Origin: Dehalococcoidia bacterium
GTDB taxonomy: Bacteria; Chloroflexota; Dehalococcoidia; DSTF01; JACRBR01
Assembly: GCA_040902535.1 (NCBI GenBank)
Contig: JBBDXD010000006.1
Coordinates: 40,497 to 104,496 of the forward strand
Reading direction: 5' to 3'
Length of the DNA stretch: 64,000 nucleotides
A model generated the notes under the pieces. The model saw nothing but the letters and a program-made list of their open reading frames with translations, was not told the origin of the DNA and ran no database searches. Each line of letters starts with the position of its first letter. The stretch's first letter is position 1. The position numbers and the translations under genes are program-made. Positions 1 through 9,410 of this stretch are shown here, one piece after another.

Positions 1-198
1 ACGGAAGGCAAGGGCGGTGTGCAGGCAAAGGCCGGCGAGACCGTTGCCGAAGGGATGGAGAAGACAGCCGGCTATCTGCGCGACAAGGACTCGCAGCAGA
101 TCATGGACGACGTCGAGCAGTACGTGAAGGAGCACCCCGTGCAGGCAATCGCGGGCGCCGTCGTCGGCGGGTTCATCCTCGCGCGCATCCTGCGTTAG
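1..198 (+). CDS. DUF883/ElaB-YqjD-like stress membrane-anchored protein, C-terminal part (5' end outside window)
   Basis: Frame 1 reads open from base 1 to TAG at 196-198. The C-terminus ...HPVQAIAGAVVGGFILARILR is the typical ElaB/DUF883 membrane anchor. Confidence 0.5.
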   Translation, partial: TEGKGGVQAKAGETVAEGMEKTAGYLRDKDSQQIMDDVEQYVKEHPVQAIAGAVVGGFILARILR

Positions 199-211
199 TC
201 ATGGAGGCCGC

Positions 212-658
212 ATGACGACCGAACTTCACCACGAACCGCTCGGCGACCAGCTCAAGCGGGGGTTCGACGAGTTTTCGGGTGTCAGGGAAGAGATGATGGA
301 CCTCTTCCAGGACCTTCGCGGGCTCGCGCAGAAGGAGATGGAGCTGGCACGCGCGGAATTGTCCGAGCAGGCCGGCTACGCGCGGATGAGCGCCACGTTC
401 GGTGCGGTGGCGGCGCTGCTGGGATTGGTCACGCTGGGCTTCATTGCCGTGACGTCGATGTTCCTGCTCGACCTGGTCGTACCGTTGTGGGCAGCGGCGT
501 TGATCACGACGGGCGGCCTGCTGCTGCTCACGTTGCTGCTGGCGGCGCTCGCGTATGCGCAACTGAAGCAGCTCACGGTAGCGCCGAAAAAGACGTTGCA
601 CTCAGTGAATGAGGATATGCGATGGGCAAGAGATCGGATGAACTTCAGCGCGAAATAG
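212..658 (+). CDS. holin-X-like (Phage_holin_3_6 family) small membrane protein
   Basis: 148 aa with two hydrophobic helices (AVAALLGLVTLGFIAV..., AAALITTGGLLLLTLLLAALA) and a composition typical of the actinobacterial Holin-X family. Sits beside a DUF3618-like gene as in known genomes. Confidence 0.55.
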   Translation: MTTELHHEPLGDQLKRGFDEFSGVREEMMDLFQDLRGLAQKEMELARAELSEQAGYARMSATFGAVAALLGLVTLGFIAVTSMFLLDLVVPLWAAALITTGGLLLLTLLLAALAYAQLKQLTVAPKKTLHSVNEDMRWARDRMNFSAK

Positions 659-1179
659 CCGATTACCGGCAGCGCCTGGATGCCAGGGTGAACCGGATCG
701 ACGAACGTGTGCGCTCTGACGTGCGTGATTCGCGGGAAACCGTCGATCAGGATCTGCGCGATCGTCTGCATCTCGACAAGTACGCCGAAGAGCGGCCATT
801 CCTGACGCTGGCGGCTGCCTTCGGCGCCGGGATCCTCCTGGGTTCGACGACCCCGGCGGTGCCGACGCCGTCGTTGCCATCATTCAGCGGGCGGGATTCG
901 CAGGATGGACGGGGAAGCCGCGGTGGCGCGAGCGGCACCGGGAGCATGGGCTTTCTCGCGTCCATCGTCGGTAGCGCCAGCGGCGCGCTCAGCGGCACGA
1001 TCGAAGATGAGGTGCGCCAACTCTTCTCCCAGGTGACGGGCGGCCGCGAGGCATCTCGCGCCAGCACGCGCGGCGAATCCTCGGGCTCCGGCCGGCATGT
1101 CAATCGACACGAGGATGCCGAGAGCAGCTACGACGAGCAGCAGGAGCTCGCGATCTCTGAGGAGCTGCGTCCCCAGTAG
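622..1179 (+). CDS. DUF3618-like protein (coiled-coil N-terminus, one TM, Gly/Ser-rich tail)
   Basis: 185 aa. N-terminus RSDELQREIADYRQRLDARVNRIDERV is a DUF3618-like coiled coil. Overlaps the holin-X gene by 37 nt. Confidence 0.5.
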   Translation: MGKRSDELQREIADYRQRLDARVNRIDERVRSDVRDSRETVDQDLRDRLHLDKYAEERPFLTLAAAFGAGILLGSTTPAVPTPSLPSFSGRDSQDGRGSRGGASGTGSMGFLASIVGSASGALSGTIEDEVRQLFSQVTGGREASRASTRGESSGSGRHVNRHEDAESSYDEQQELAISEELRPQ

Positions 1180-1180
1180 C

Positions 1181-2146
1181 TCAATGTTTGTGAAGATGGA
1201 GGCCGCGCTCAGTGGGCGCGGCTTCCGCCTCTCCGCGCTCCATGATGTCCGGCTCGTCGGGGTCGACGTGGATCGCGATCTTCGCGCCCGGAATGCATGA
1301 CCGCAGGTCGGACTCGATCTCTTCGATCCGGAGGTGTGCGGCGCTGACGGTCATAGCCGGGTCGACGAGCACATGCAGATCAATGTGTTTCTCGCGGCCG
1401 GATTTCCGCGTGCGCATGGCGTGGAAGCCTCGCAATCCGTGTTCGTGCGTCGCGAGACACGCCTCGATCATGGCGACTTCTTCGTCCGGCAGCGACGAGT
1501 CGATCAGCTCACGCAGTGCGTCTGCGGTGATACGGGCGACGGTGTACGCCAGGTATGCGGCGATGGCTAGGGCCACGAGCGGGTCGAAGATCTGCCGTCC
1601 CGTGATACCCACGAGCGTCAGCGCGAAGATGACGCCGGCGGCCTGTACGACGTTCGTCAGGAGATGCCGCGCGTCAGCGGCGATGGCGACGGACTCGCTG
1701 ATGCGGGCGGCGCGCATGGCGTACGCCGCGACGGCGAGGTTCACAACAGCCGTCACCGCCATGATCGCGAGCGAAGGACCGACGTCGATGTCGGCGCCGC
1801 CGTCGAACATGCGGCGCAGCGCGGCAACGGCGATGAACGTCGCGCCGCCGGCGATCAGCGCCGCCTGCGAGAGCGCGGCCAGGCTTTCCGTCTTGCCGTG
1901 ACCGTAGGGATGCGCCTCATCGGCGGGCTGCATGGCGAGCCGTACCGCGAAGAATGCCAACCCCGACGCGAAGACGTCCTGCGCGCTGTCGACGCCGTCG
2001 CTCAGGACCGCGACCGATCCGAACATCAGCCCGACGCTGAGCTTGGCGACCATCAGGACGGCGTTGGATCCGAGGGAGAGCGCGGCGGCGCGACTTGCGA
2101 CGTCCAGACGCCAGAACCGAGCCGGCGCCTGCGTGAGTTCCCTCAT
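1181..2146 (-). CDS. cation diffusion facilitator (CDF) family metal efflux transporter
   Basis: TM core with a CDF signature (LSDGVDSAQD, HPYGHGKTE) and a C-terminal cytoplasmic domain (HVLVDPAMTV...). Start taken at ATG 2146 (MRELTQ); the track ORF extends to 2320. Confidence 0.85.
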   Translation of the reverse strand: MRELTQAPARFWRLDVASRAAALSLGSNAVLMVAKLSVGLMFGSVAVLSDGVDSAQDVFASGLAFFAVRLAMQPADEAHPYGHGKTESLAALSQAALIAGGATFIAVAALRRMFDGGADIDVGPSLAIMAVTAVVNLAVAAYAMRAARISESVAIAADARHLLTNVVQAAGVIFALTLVGITGRQIFDPLVALAIAAYLAYTVARITADALRELIDSSLPDEEVAMIEACLATHEHGLRGFHAMRTRKSGREKHIDLHVLVDPAMTVSAAHLRIEEIESDLRSCIPGAKIAIHVDPDEPDIMERGEAEAAPTERGLHLHKH

Positions 2147-2180
2147 GCCCGCATGGTACAGCGTCGGGCGTTCGCCGGAG

Positions 2181-3134
2181 TCAGTAGGGGATGTCCAGCG
2201 CGTCGAGCACCTGACTTGCGAGGCGCCGGCGCGACGCTTCGTCCCGCATGATCGTGGCGCCGACGATCGCGCGGATGCCCATTTCCTCGATCGCAGGTGC
2301 GCGCGAGGCGTCCGCTTCATCGATTACGAGTGTGTCGATGAAGCCGCGGTAGATATCGGCGACCGCGACGACGTCGACGGCGTGGCCGAGCCCTGCCATC
2401 ATCTCGCCGGCCGGGGGTTGCAGCGACGCGCCGTCGACGATCGGGCTGACGGCGGCGCGTTTGGCTGTCGATACGGCGATCGCGTCGGCGATGTCGCGGA
2501 GCGCCAGGACGGGCCCGATGCTTGCGATCGGGTTGCTGGGTGCGATGAGGATCGCCTGCGCCTCGTTGATCGCTTCGAGCACGCCGGGCGCGGGCGACGC
2601 TTCGGCGGCTCCTTCGAAGCGCACGGCGCGGACGCCGTCCCGCGCGTGGTGTTTAACGAGATACTCCTGGAACGGTTGGTCGCCGGCGTCGGTCTCGACG
2701 ATCGTACGCACGCGGTCGTTGGTCATCGGCAGCAGCCGCACGTCGACGCCGAACGCACGCGCGACGTCGCGGACGATCGACGTCATTGGCACGCCACCGC
2801 GCAAGAGTCGCGTGCGATGCAGGTGCGTGGCGAGGTCGTGATCACCGATCTGAAACCACGTCTCGTGACCGAAGCGTTGCAACGAATCGAGCCAGCGGAA
2901 CGTGTCGCCGCGGAGGCCCCAGCCGCGCTCCTCGTCGACTTCGCCGGCCAGCGCGTAGGTGACGATGTCCGGGTCGGGCGAGACGTAGAGTCCGTGGAAC
3001 CATTCGTCGTCCGCCGTGTTGATGATGGCGACCAGACGCTCGTGCGGCACCACTTCAGCGAGCGCGCGCAGGAATCGCGATCCGCCGATGCCGCCGCACA
3101 GCACGACGATTCTTCCTGCGTGCGCGGACGTCAT
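2181..3134 (-). CDS. cofD: 2-phospho-L-lactate transferase CofD (F420 biosynthesis) / UPF0052 family
   Basis: N-terminal RIVVLCGGIGGSRFLRAL glycine loop of the CofD/YvcK family. The F420 context (LLM oxidoreductase at 11.9 kb) favours CofD. Confidence 0.6.
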   Translation of the reverse strand: MTSAHAGRIVVLCGGIGGSRFLRALAEVVPHERLVAIINTADDEWFHGLYVSPDPDIVTYALAGEVDEERGWGLRGDTFRWLDSLQRFGHETWFQIGDHDLATHLHRTRLLRGGVPMTSIVRDVARAFGVDVRLLPMTNDRVRTIVETDAGDQPFQEYLVKHHARDGVRAVRFEGAAEASPAPGVLEAINEAQAILIAPSNPIASIGPVLALRDIADAIAVSTAKRAAVSPIVDGASLQPPAGEMMAGLGHAVDVVAVADIYRGFIDTLVIDEADASRAPAIEEMGIRAIVGATIMRDEASRRRLASQVLDALDIPY

Positions 3135-4405
3135 GAGACGGGCATGATCTCCGGCGCCTGTTCCGTGGCGCGGCGCGACTGCCCGGACCCGGCGTCCAGT
3201 TCGTCGGACTCGGCGCGGTTCCAGAGCCAGAGGATCGCCGGGCCGATGACGAGCGTGAGCACGCCGAACATCAGGAACATACCCCGCAGTCCAACGGTGT
3301 CAGCGAGCGCGCCGCTGATCGGTTCGATGAACGCGAGCAGGACGCTGCCGGCGAGGTTCTGGATCGAGAGCATCGTCGCGCGGCGGTCGCTGGGGATGCG
3401 CCGATTTACATAATCAGAGAGGGCCGGATTCGAAAGCCCGGCGACGAAGCCGACGGGGATGAATGCGGCGTACACCCACATGTTGTCCATGCCGGCGAGC
3501 GAGAGATACGCAATGCCCAGCGCCACGGGCATCGCGAGAAACGTGCCGCGCTCGCCCAGGCGCGAGATCAAACGGTGCGCAAAGAAGGCCGACATCATGC
3601 CGGCGGCGCGCACCGGCGCCTGCCAGAGCCCGAGGTTGCCCGTACCGACGTCGAACGAGTCGAGGAAGGGCTGCAAGAAGATCAGCGGTGCGAAGACGGC
3701 CGCCTGGAGCACGCCGCTAAACGCGATGATGTAACGCAACGGCTTCTTGTTCCACGCGTCGCGGACGCCGTTCCGCACCATGCGGAGGTAGGGCTCCGGT
3801 TCCTCGTGCCCGCGATAGGACGGCTCGCGCATCGAGAGCGCGACGGGTACCGCGGCGAGTGCCACGCCGGCGCTCAGGAGAATCGGCACCGACAGCGATG
3901 TCGCCGCGGCGATCGGCGCGCCGATGAGGATCGCGAGCAGCACCGCGAGCGACGTGAGCGCCCAAAGACGGCCATTGATCTTCTGGAACTCTTCCTCGCG
4001 GCCCATGCTCTTCAAGCTGTCGTACAAGAGCGCCGTGTCGGCCCCGGATTGCAGCGTCAGCGCCAGGCCCCACGCCGTGTATGACAGCAGGATCACGAGG
4101 TAGTTCTCGGCGACGCCGAAGATGAACACCGCGATCGCAAACATGAGGCTGCCAAGCATGAGCGAGATGCGTCGCCCGTAGCGGTCGGCGATGGCGCCCG
4201 TCGGCACCTCCGCGAAGACGATAAGCAGGAAGAACGGCGTATCGAGCAGCGTGATCTGCGTCAGCGAGAGGTCGCGTTCCTTCTGCAGATAGATGACCCA
4301 GATCGGCCACCACAGTTGAAACTGGATGAGGAAGCGATAGAGGAACGACTTCCCGATGTTGGCCTCGAGGGCCATGTCCTCGCGTATGCGCCCGAGCAGA
4401 TCCAC
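3131..4405 (-). CDS. MFS transporter
   Basis: 424 aa with 12 predicted TM helices and the MFS motif GAIADRYGRR. 4-nt overlap with cofD. The first codon is GTG. Confidence 0.8.
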   Translation of the reverse strand: MDLLGRIREDMALEANIGKSFLYRFLIQFQLWWPIWVIYLQKERDLSLTQITLLDTPFFLLIVFAEVPTGAIADRYGRRISLMLGSLMFAIAVFIFGVAENYLVILLSYTAWGLALTLQSGADTALLYDSLKSMGREEEFQKINGRLWALTSLAVLLAILIGAPIAAATSLSVPILLSAGVALAAVPVALSMREPSYRGHEEPEPYLRMVRNGVRDAWNKKPLRYIIAFSGVLQAAVFAPLIFLQPFLDSFDVGTGNLGLWQAPVRAAGMMSAFFAHRLISRLGERGTFLAMPVALGIAYLSLAGMDNMWVYAAFIPVGFVAGLSNPALSDYVNRRIPSDRRATMLSIQNLAGSVLLAFIEPISGALADTVGLRGMFLMFGVLTLVIGPAILWLWNRAESDELDAGSGQSRRATEQAPEIMPVS

Positions 4406-4494
4406 GACGCCGAGTATAGCGAGGAGCGGGAACGCCAGATACGACGTGAGGGGCCCTCAACGGGCCCCGCATGTCAAACGTCAAGCGTGTTCGC

Positions 4495-5109
4495 TTAGTC
4501 GATCGCGAAGAGGAAGATGTTCGGCACATAACCGATATCGGTGGAGTCGGCGCTGGCGCCGAACAGGCTGAGGATCGCGATCCACACAAGGAATCCGACG
4601 GCGGTCGCAGCGAGCGCGCGCCCTGCCGGCGCATCGGTGGCGCTCTGCACGGCGATCACGAGGGTGCCGAAGGTGACGGCGAGAGCGAGGAGACTCAAGC
4701 CGAACCCGAAGCCCCCCGGAAGGAAGAACAAGAGTCCAAGCGCAAGCGGGAGCGTCGCGAAGCCCATCACGCGGACCAGTTCGTTCATGTCCGCGCGGGC
4801 GCGGAAGACCTGCGTCAGCATCACGTAGGTAACGCCGACGGCAACGCCGAAGACGATCAGCGAGATGATCGTGCCGATGATCACCGACTTGAGGAAGAAC
4901 TCGCCGCTGTCGGGGCCATCCTCGAAGATCCACCAGAGCCACGTCCCGAGGGCGAATAACAGCGTCGAAACGACGGCGACGGCGGCGGCGGGGAGGGTGT
5001 AACTCGCGTCCGCGCGCACCTCGTCGAACACCGTGGTGTCGAGCATCGCCAGCCTGCGGACCTTTTGCATGAGGCTGTTTACATCCATGCCTCCGGCCTG
5101 TGACATCAT
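4495..5109 (-). CDS. Yip1 family membrane protein
   Basis: Multi-TM protein with Yip1-like topology. Start ATG 5109 is preceded by GGAGG; the track ORF runs to 5193. Confidence 0.65.
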   Translation of the reverse strand: MMSQAGGMDVNSLMQKVRRLAMLDTTVFDEVRADASYTLPAAAVAVVSTLLFALGTWLWWIFEDGPDSGEFFLKSVIIGTIISLIVFGVAVGVTYVMLTQVFRARADMNELVRVMGFATLPLALGLLFFLPGGFGFGLSLLALAVTFGTLVIAVQSATDAPAGRALAATAVGFLVWIAILSLFGASADSTDIGYVPNIFLFAID

Positions 5110-5252
5110 GTCGGATCCCTCCTGCTCCGCCGCGCGCGGCAGAATGCGCCCTCCCGGAAAAGGCTTAACTGTGTATCTCATACACCACTTCATGAACGCT
5201 GTCTAGCCCTGCGAACGTGTTTTTCGAGGCTGCAAGGCGATTTGTGAGCGGC

Positions 5253-5966
5253 TCAGAGCGGTGACTTCGAGGGCACGCCGGCGCGACGCGGGTACTCGGG
5301 AGGCGTCGCCGCCTGCTTCACGGCGACGACGATCTTCTGCTTCGGGCCGGGCACGTCGAGTGGCACGACGAACAGCTTCGCGCCCAGGACCGAGAGCGCG
5401 CGTTTCGAAGCCGCCACCTCTTCCTCGACGCGCGACCCCTTGGGAGCGACGACGCGTCCGCCGATGCGGGCAAACGGCAGTGTCAGCTCCAGCAACGCGG
5501 GAAGGGGGGCGACGGCCCGCGCCAGCACCAGGTCGAAGCCATCCCGGAGGGACGGATCGTGCCCCAGTTCCTCGGCACGGCCCGTCACAACGACGGTGTC
5601 CGAGAGGTCCAGCGCTTCCACGACCGCGGATAAGAATGCCGTCTTCTTCGCCGTAGCTTCGAGCAGCGCGAGGCGGATCGATGGCCACGAGATCTTGATC
5701 GGCAGACTCGGAAATCCCGCGCCCGCTCCGATCTCGATGATGCGGGCATCGGGGCGAAGCACCTCTCGTTCGCGAAGCGAGGCGCCGAGCGCGAGCGATT
5801 CGATGATGTGGCGTCGCAGGACGACGTCCGCGGTCGCATCGGAGACGAGGTTAACGCGCTGATTCCATTCGGCGAGCAAGGTCACATAACGCTCGAATTG
5901 CAGGAGTTGCGCATCGGTGAGGCTGATGCCATATCGTGGAGCTTCCGTGCGCAAGCTGTCGAGCAT
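5253..5966 (-). CDS. rsmG: 16S rRNA (guanine527-N7)-methyltransferase RsmG
   Basis: SAM-binding motif IIEIGAGAGFPSLP and full-length similarity to GidB/RsmG. Confidence 0.85.
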   Translation of the reverse strand: MLDSLRTEAPRYGISLTDAQLLQFERYVTLLAEWNQRVNLVSDATADVVLRRHIIESLALGASLREREVLRPDARIIEIGAGAGFPSLPIKISWPSIRLALLEATAKKTAFLSAVVEALDLSDTVVVTGRAEELGHDPSLRDGFDLVLARAVAPLPALLELTLPFARIGGRVVAPKGSRVEEEVAASKRALSVLGAKLFVVPLDVPGPKQKIVVAVKQAATPPEYPRRAGVPSKSPL

Positions 5967-6055
5967 GACAAGAGCATAGCAATCGTTATGTTTGACGCGT
6001 CATCCCGTACATGCATACAATTACAAAGATTACCGAGGGGGGTTCTGGCAACTAT

Positions 6056-6874
6056 ATGGCGGGTGACGTCCAAACAGAAACGATGTCGGTCCAGCAGGCC
6101 GCGCATACGTATCTCGGATCGTTGAAGGCAGCGAATCGAGGAGAGGCACAACCGGAAGTCTTGAAGTTCGTCCGCTGGATCGGCCCCCAGCGAGATCTGG
6201 GCACGATGCGCGGACACGATGTGGCGCAATACGCCGAGAACTTTCCTCCCACCGTTTCTGATGCAGCAAAGCGCGCGGATTTCGTCCGCGCGTTTCTTAA
6301 GTGGTCAAAGGAACGCGGATACACGCGTGAGAACCTCGGTACGCATCTGCGGGTGCGGAAGGCGAACAAGTCGAACTCGAACGCCCAGACGCTCGAAGAG
6401 CAGCCGGTCTACCTGACGAAGGAAGGCCACGACGACCTGGTGAAGGAACTCGAGTTGCTCAAGGAGCGGCGGCCGCTGATCCAGGCGGACCTGGCCCGCG
6501 CGATGGCAGACAAGGACTTCCGCGAGAACGCGCCGCTCGACGCCGCCCGCAACGAGCAGGCGCACCTGGAAGCGCGTATCCGCGAACTCGACGGCACGCT
6601 GCGCAAGGCCGTGATCCTGGAGGCCGGCGCGACGCACGCCGGCGACGTTTCGCGGCTCGGCGATGTGGTGACGATCAAGGACCTGCGCACCAGCAAGGAG
6701 ACGACGTTCACCCTGGTGAACCCCGACGAGATGCGCTCGGGCCAAGGTAAGATCTCGATCGCATCGCCGGTCGGGAAGGCGATCTACCAACACCGCGCCG
6801 GCGAAGAAGTCGAGGTGGAAGCGCCTTCGGGCACGTTCCGCATCCGCATCGAGTCGATCGTTTCGTCGTCCTGA
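6056..6874 (+). CDS. GreA/GreB-family transcription elongation factor with ~115-aa N-terminal extension
   Basis: C-terminal 155 aa carry the GreA coiled-coil and FKBP-like domain (LTKEGHDDLVKELE... ASPVGKAIYQHRAGEEVEVEAPSG). ATG 6056 is preceded by GAGGGGGG; the track ORF starts at 6011. Confidence 0.7.
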   Translation: MAGDVQTETMSVQQAAHTYLGSLKAANRGEAQPEVLKFVRWIGPQRDLGTMRGHDVAQYAENFPPTVSDAAKRADFVRAFLKWSKERGYTRENLGTHLRVRKANKSNSNAQTLEEQPVYLTKEGHDDLVKELELLKERRPLIQADLARAMADKDFRENAPLDAARNEQAHLEARIRELDGTLRKAVILEAGATHAGDVSRLGDVVTIKDLRTSKETTFTLVNPDEMRSGQGKISIASPVGKAIYQHRAGEEVEVEAPSGTFRIRIESIVSSS

Positions 6875-6900
6875 CGTAACGGTTCAGTCAACGCAAACGG

Positions 6901-6924
6901 CGAGGGATGGCAGGCCATCCCTCG
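6901..6924. terminator. hairpin between convergent genes (CGAGGGATGG-CA-GGCCATCCCTCG)
   Basis: 10-bp perfect inverted repeat read directly from the sequence, between the greA-like gene and the crotonase gene. Confidence 0.4.
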
Positions 6925-6948
6925 TAGTGATCTTGCGTGTGCTGCGTG

Positions 6949-7776
6949 TCAGTTACCCGTGAACGACGGCTTGCGCTTCTCGACGAACGCCTGCGCGGCC
7001 TCGCGGTGGTCGTTCGTGCCGCCGCTGAGGCGCATGTTCAGCGCCTCCTGGTCGAGCAGCGCGCCGAGATCGCTGGTCTCAGCCCGGTTCAGATTCTCCT
7101 TCATCCGCGCGAACGCGAGCGTCGGGCCGGAGGCGATCTGCGATGCTAGCGCGAGCGTCTCCTCGCGCAGCTGGTCGTGCGGGACGACGCGGTTCACCAT
7201 GCCGATGGAGAGTGCATCTGCGGCGGCGAGGATCTCGCCCGTAAGGTAGAGTTCGCGCGCCCTGCCCATGCCGACGAGCTTCTGCAGGTAGTACGATCCG
7301 CCGAAGTCGCCGCTGAAGCCGACGTTGCGGAACACAGTGCCGAGCTTCGCCTGGTCGGATGCGACGCGCATGTCGCACGCGAGCGCGAGGCTCAGGCCGG
7401 CGCCGACCGCGTGGCCGTTCACCATCGCGATCGTGACCTTCGGCATGGTGTGCAGCATGTAACTGGTCTGCCGCTGCGACAGGCGCAACCCATCGACGCC
7501 GAGGGCGAGCAGCGCCGCGGGCGATCGGCCGTTGCCGCTCCCGCTGCCGGCTCCGCGACCTGCAGCCATGTCCTTGACGTCGCCACCCGCGCAGAAGGCG
7601 CGTCCGGCACCGGTGAGTACGACACAGCGGACGTTCGGATCGTATGCGGACTTCTGCAAGTAGTCAGCGAGCATCGGCATGAGCTGGCCGCCCATGGCGT
7701 TGAGGCTCTCCGGACGGTTGAGCGTGATCACGGCCACGCCGTCGTTGGTCAGTTCGTACAGTACGTCGTCAGCCAT
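6949..7776 (-). CDS. enoyl-CoA hydratase/isomerase (crotonase) family protein
   Basis: Crotonase fold motifs: VAVITLNRPESLNA, CAGGDV, FSGDFGGSYYLQKLVG. Confidence 0.85.
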   Translation of the reverse strand: MADDVLYELTNDGVAVITLNRPESLNAMGGQLMPMLADYLQKSAYDPNVRCVVLTGAGRAFCAGGDVKDMAAGRGAGSGSGNGRSPAALLALGVDGLRLSQRQTSYMLHTMPKVTIAMVNGHAVGAGLSLALACDMRVASDQAKLGTVFRNVGFSGDFGGSYYLQKLVGMGRARELYLTGEILAAADALSIGMVNRVVPHDQLREETLALASQIASGPTLAFARMKENLNRAETSDLGALLDQEALNMRLSGGTNDHREAAQAFVEKRKPSFTGN

Positions 7777-7790
7777 GGTCGTACCTCCGG

Positions 7791-9344
7791 CTACGCGCGC
7801 TCGCGGGCGCGCTCCTGTTCGATGAGTTCTCTGCGCAGGATCTTTCCTGACGGGTTCTTCGGGATCGCATCGACCGTTTCGATGTAGCGGATCTTCTTGT
7901 AGGGGGCGACGCGCTCCGCGACGAATGCGACCACCTCATCGAGATTCAGCCCCGGCTCACGGGGGACGACGAACGCCTTTGGCACTTCGCCGGCTTCGGC
8001 GTCGGCCTTGGGAATGACGGCCGCATCGCGCACGCCGGGGTGCTCCATGAGCAGACCCTCAAGTTCGGCGGGCGCGACCTGGTAGCCCTTGTACTTGATC
8101 ATCTCCTTCTTGCGGTCGTGGATGCGCACGTAGCCATCGGCATCCGCGGATGCGATGTCGCCGGTGCGCAGCCAGCCATCGGGCGTGATCGTCTCGGCGG
8201 TGGCGTCGGGGCGGTTCCAGTAGCCCTTCATCACCTGCGGGCCGTAGACCAGCAGTTCACCGATCTCGTCGGGCCCTAATTCTTCGCCGGTGTCGAGATT
8301 GACGACCTTCTCGAGCGTATCCGCGACCGGCGGACCGACGGTGCCGTCGCGCGGCGCATCGACCGGGTTGACGTTCGTCACCGGGCTCGACTCCGTCATG
8401 CCGTACGCCTGCATCACCGTGCAGTGCAGCTTCTCCTGCGCCTGGCGTCCCACTTCGAGCGGCAGCGGCGCCGCGCCGGAGACGAGCAAGCGCAACGACG
8501 ACAGGTCGTACTCGGCGAGCTTTGGATTGTTGACCAGCGCAAGGATGGCCGGCGGCACGACGAACAGGTCCGTCACCTTGTGCTGTTGAATGAGCGCGAG
8601 CGCGCCTTCGGGGTCGAAGCGCGGCAGCACGATCTGCGTCGCGCCCATGACGAGCCCGACGTTCAGCAGCACCATCATGCCGTAGATGTGATAGAAGGGC
8701 AGGAAGTCCAGCATGACGGCGTCTTCGTTCGTCAGGCCGAGCGCGATCGTCTGACGAATGTTCGCGGTCAGGTTCTGATGCGTGAGCATGACGCCCTTCG
8801 GCAGCCCCGTGGTTCCGCTGGAGTACGGCAGCACCGCGATGTCCGCGTACGGATCGATCGCAACCGGATCGGGATCGCCCTTGGCGGCGGCCGCCATGTC
8901 CCAGGCGCGCTCGAGTTCGTACACGTGTTCGATCTTCGGCAGATGCGCCTTCGCGGCGTCGACGACGGGCAGCAGCGCGCCGAGCGTGAAGACCACTTCG
9001 GCGCCGGCGTCGGCCAGTTGATGCTCGACTTCGCGCTCTCGATAGAGCGGGTTGAGCGTCGTGACGGTCGCCCCCGCGAGCAGTGCGCCGTGCAGCGCGA
9101 CGGCGTATTCGCAGGAGTTCGGCGCGTAGATGGCGACCATGTCGCCCTTGCGGACGCCTTCGTCCTGGAGGGCGCGAGCCATGCCGCGAATCGCGGTCCA
9201 CAGCTCGGCATACGTGTACTGCTTGCCGTCGACGGCGATGAGCGCGGGCTTGTCCGGCAGGCGCCGCGCCGCCTGCTCGATCATCTGCGGCACGCTCAGG
9301 GGTTCGTACGGCTCGAGGCTCGGCCAGGGACCGGAGAAGACCAT
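7791..9344 (-). CDS. AMP-dependent acyl-CoA synthetase/ligase
   Basis: AMP-binding motifs (LPYSSGTTGLPKGV, YGMTE, GWLRTGD, PSGKILRR). ATG 9344 is preceded by GGAGG. Confidence 0.85.
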   Translation of the reverse strand: MVFSGPWPSLEPYEPLSVPQMIEQAARRLPDKPALIAVDGKQYTYAELWTAIRGMARALQDEGVRKGDMVAIYAPNSCEYAVALHGALLAGATVTTLNPLYREREVEHQLADAGAEVVFTLGALLPVVDAAKAHLPKIEHVYELERAWDMAAAAKGDPDPVAIDPYADIAVLPYSSGTTGLPKGVMLTHQNLTANIRQTIALGLTNEDAVMLDFLPFYHIYGMMVLLNVGLVMGATQIVLPRFDPEGALALIQQHKVTDLFVVPPAILALVNNPKLAEYDLSSLRLLVSGAAPLPLEVGRQAQEKLHCTVMQAYGMTESSPVTNVNPVDAPRDGTVGPPVADTLEKVVNLDTGEELGPDEIGELLVYGPQVMKGYWNRPDATAETITPDGWLRTGDIASADADGYVRIHDRKKEMIKYKGYQVAPAELEGLLMEHPGVRDAAVIPKADAEAGEVPKAFVVPREPGLNLDEVVAFVAERVAPYKKIRYIETVDAIPKNPSGKILRRELIEQERARERA

Positions 9345-9410
9345 GCAACCTCCAATGTGCGTGCGATGGGCATCTACGCTAGCACGGGCTCGCGAAGGCT
9401 TCAATAGAGG

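Noticed and set aside
212-658. Holin gene as evidence of a prophage
   Set aside because: There is no endolysin, terminase, capsid or integrase in the window, and the flanking DUF883 and DUF3618 genes form a known non-phage neighbourhood.
5253-6055. Possible oriC because of rsmG (gidB)
   Set aside because: There are no adjacent dnaA, mnmG or parAB genes, and no cluster of DnaA-box-like 9-mers was seen in the divergent promoter.
8257-9348. 363-aa Arg-rich ORF on the minus strand inside the acyl-CoA synthetase gene
   Set aside because: It lies in a different frame of the same strand region as a well-supported AMP-ligase and its composition is pure Arg/Ala/Gly. This is a typical high-GC off-frame artefact.
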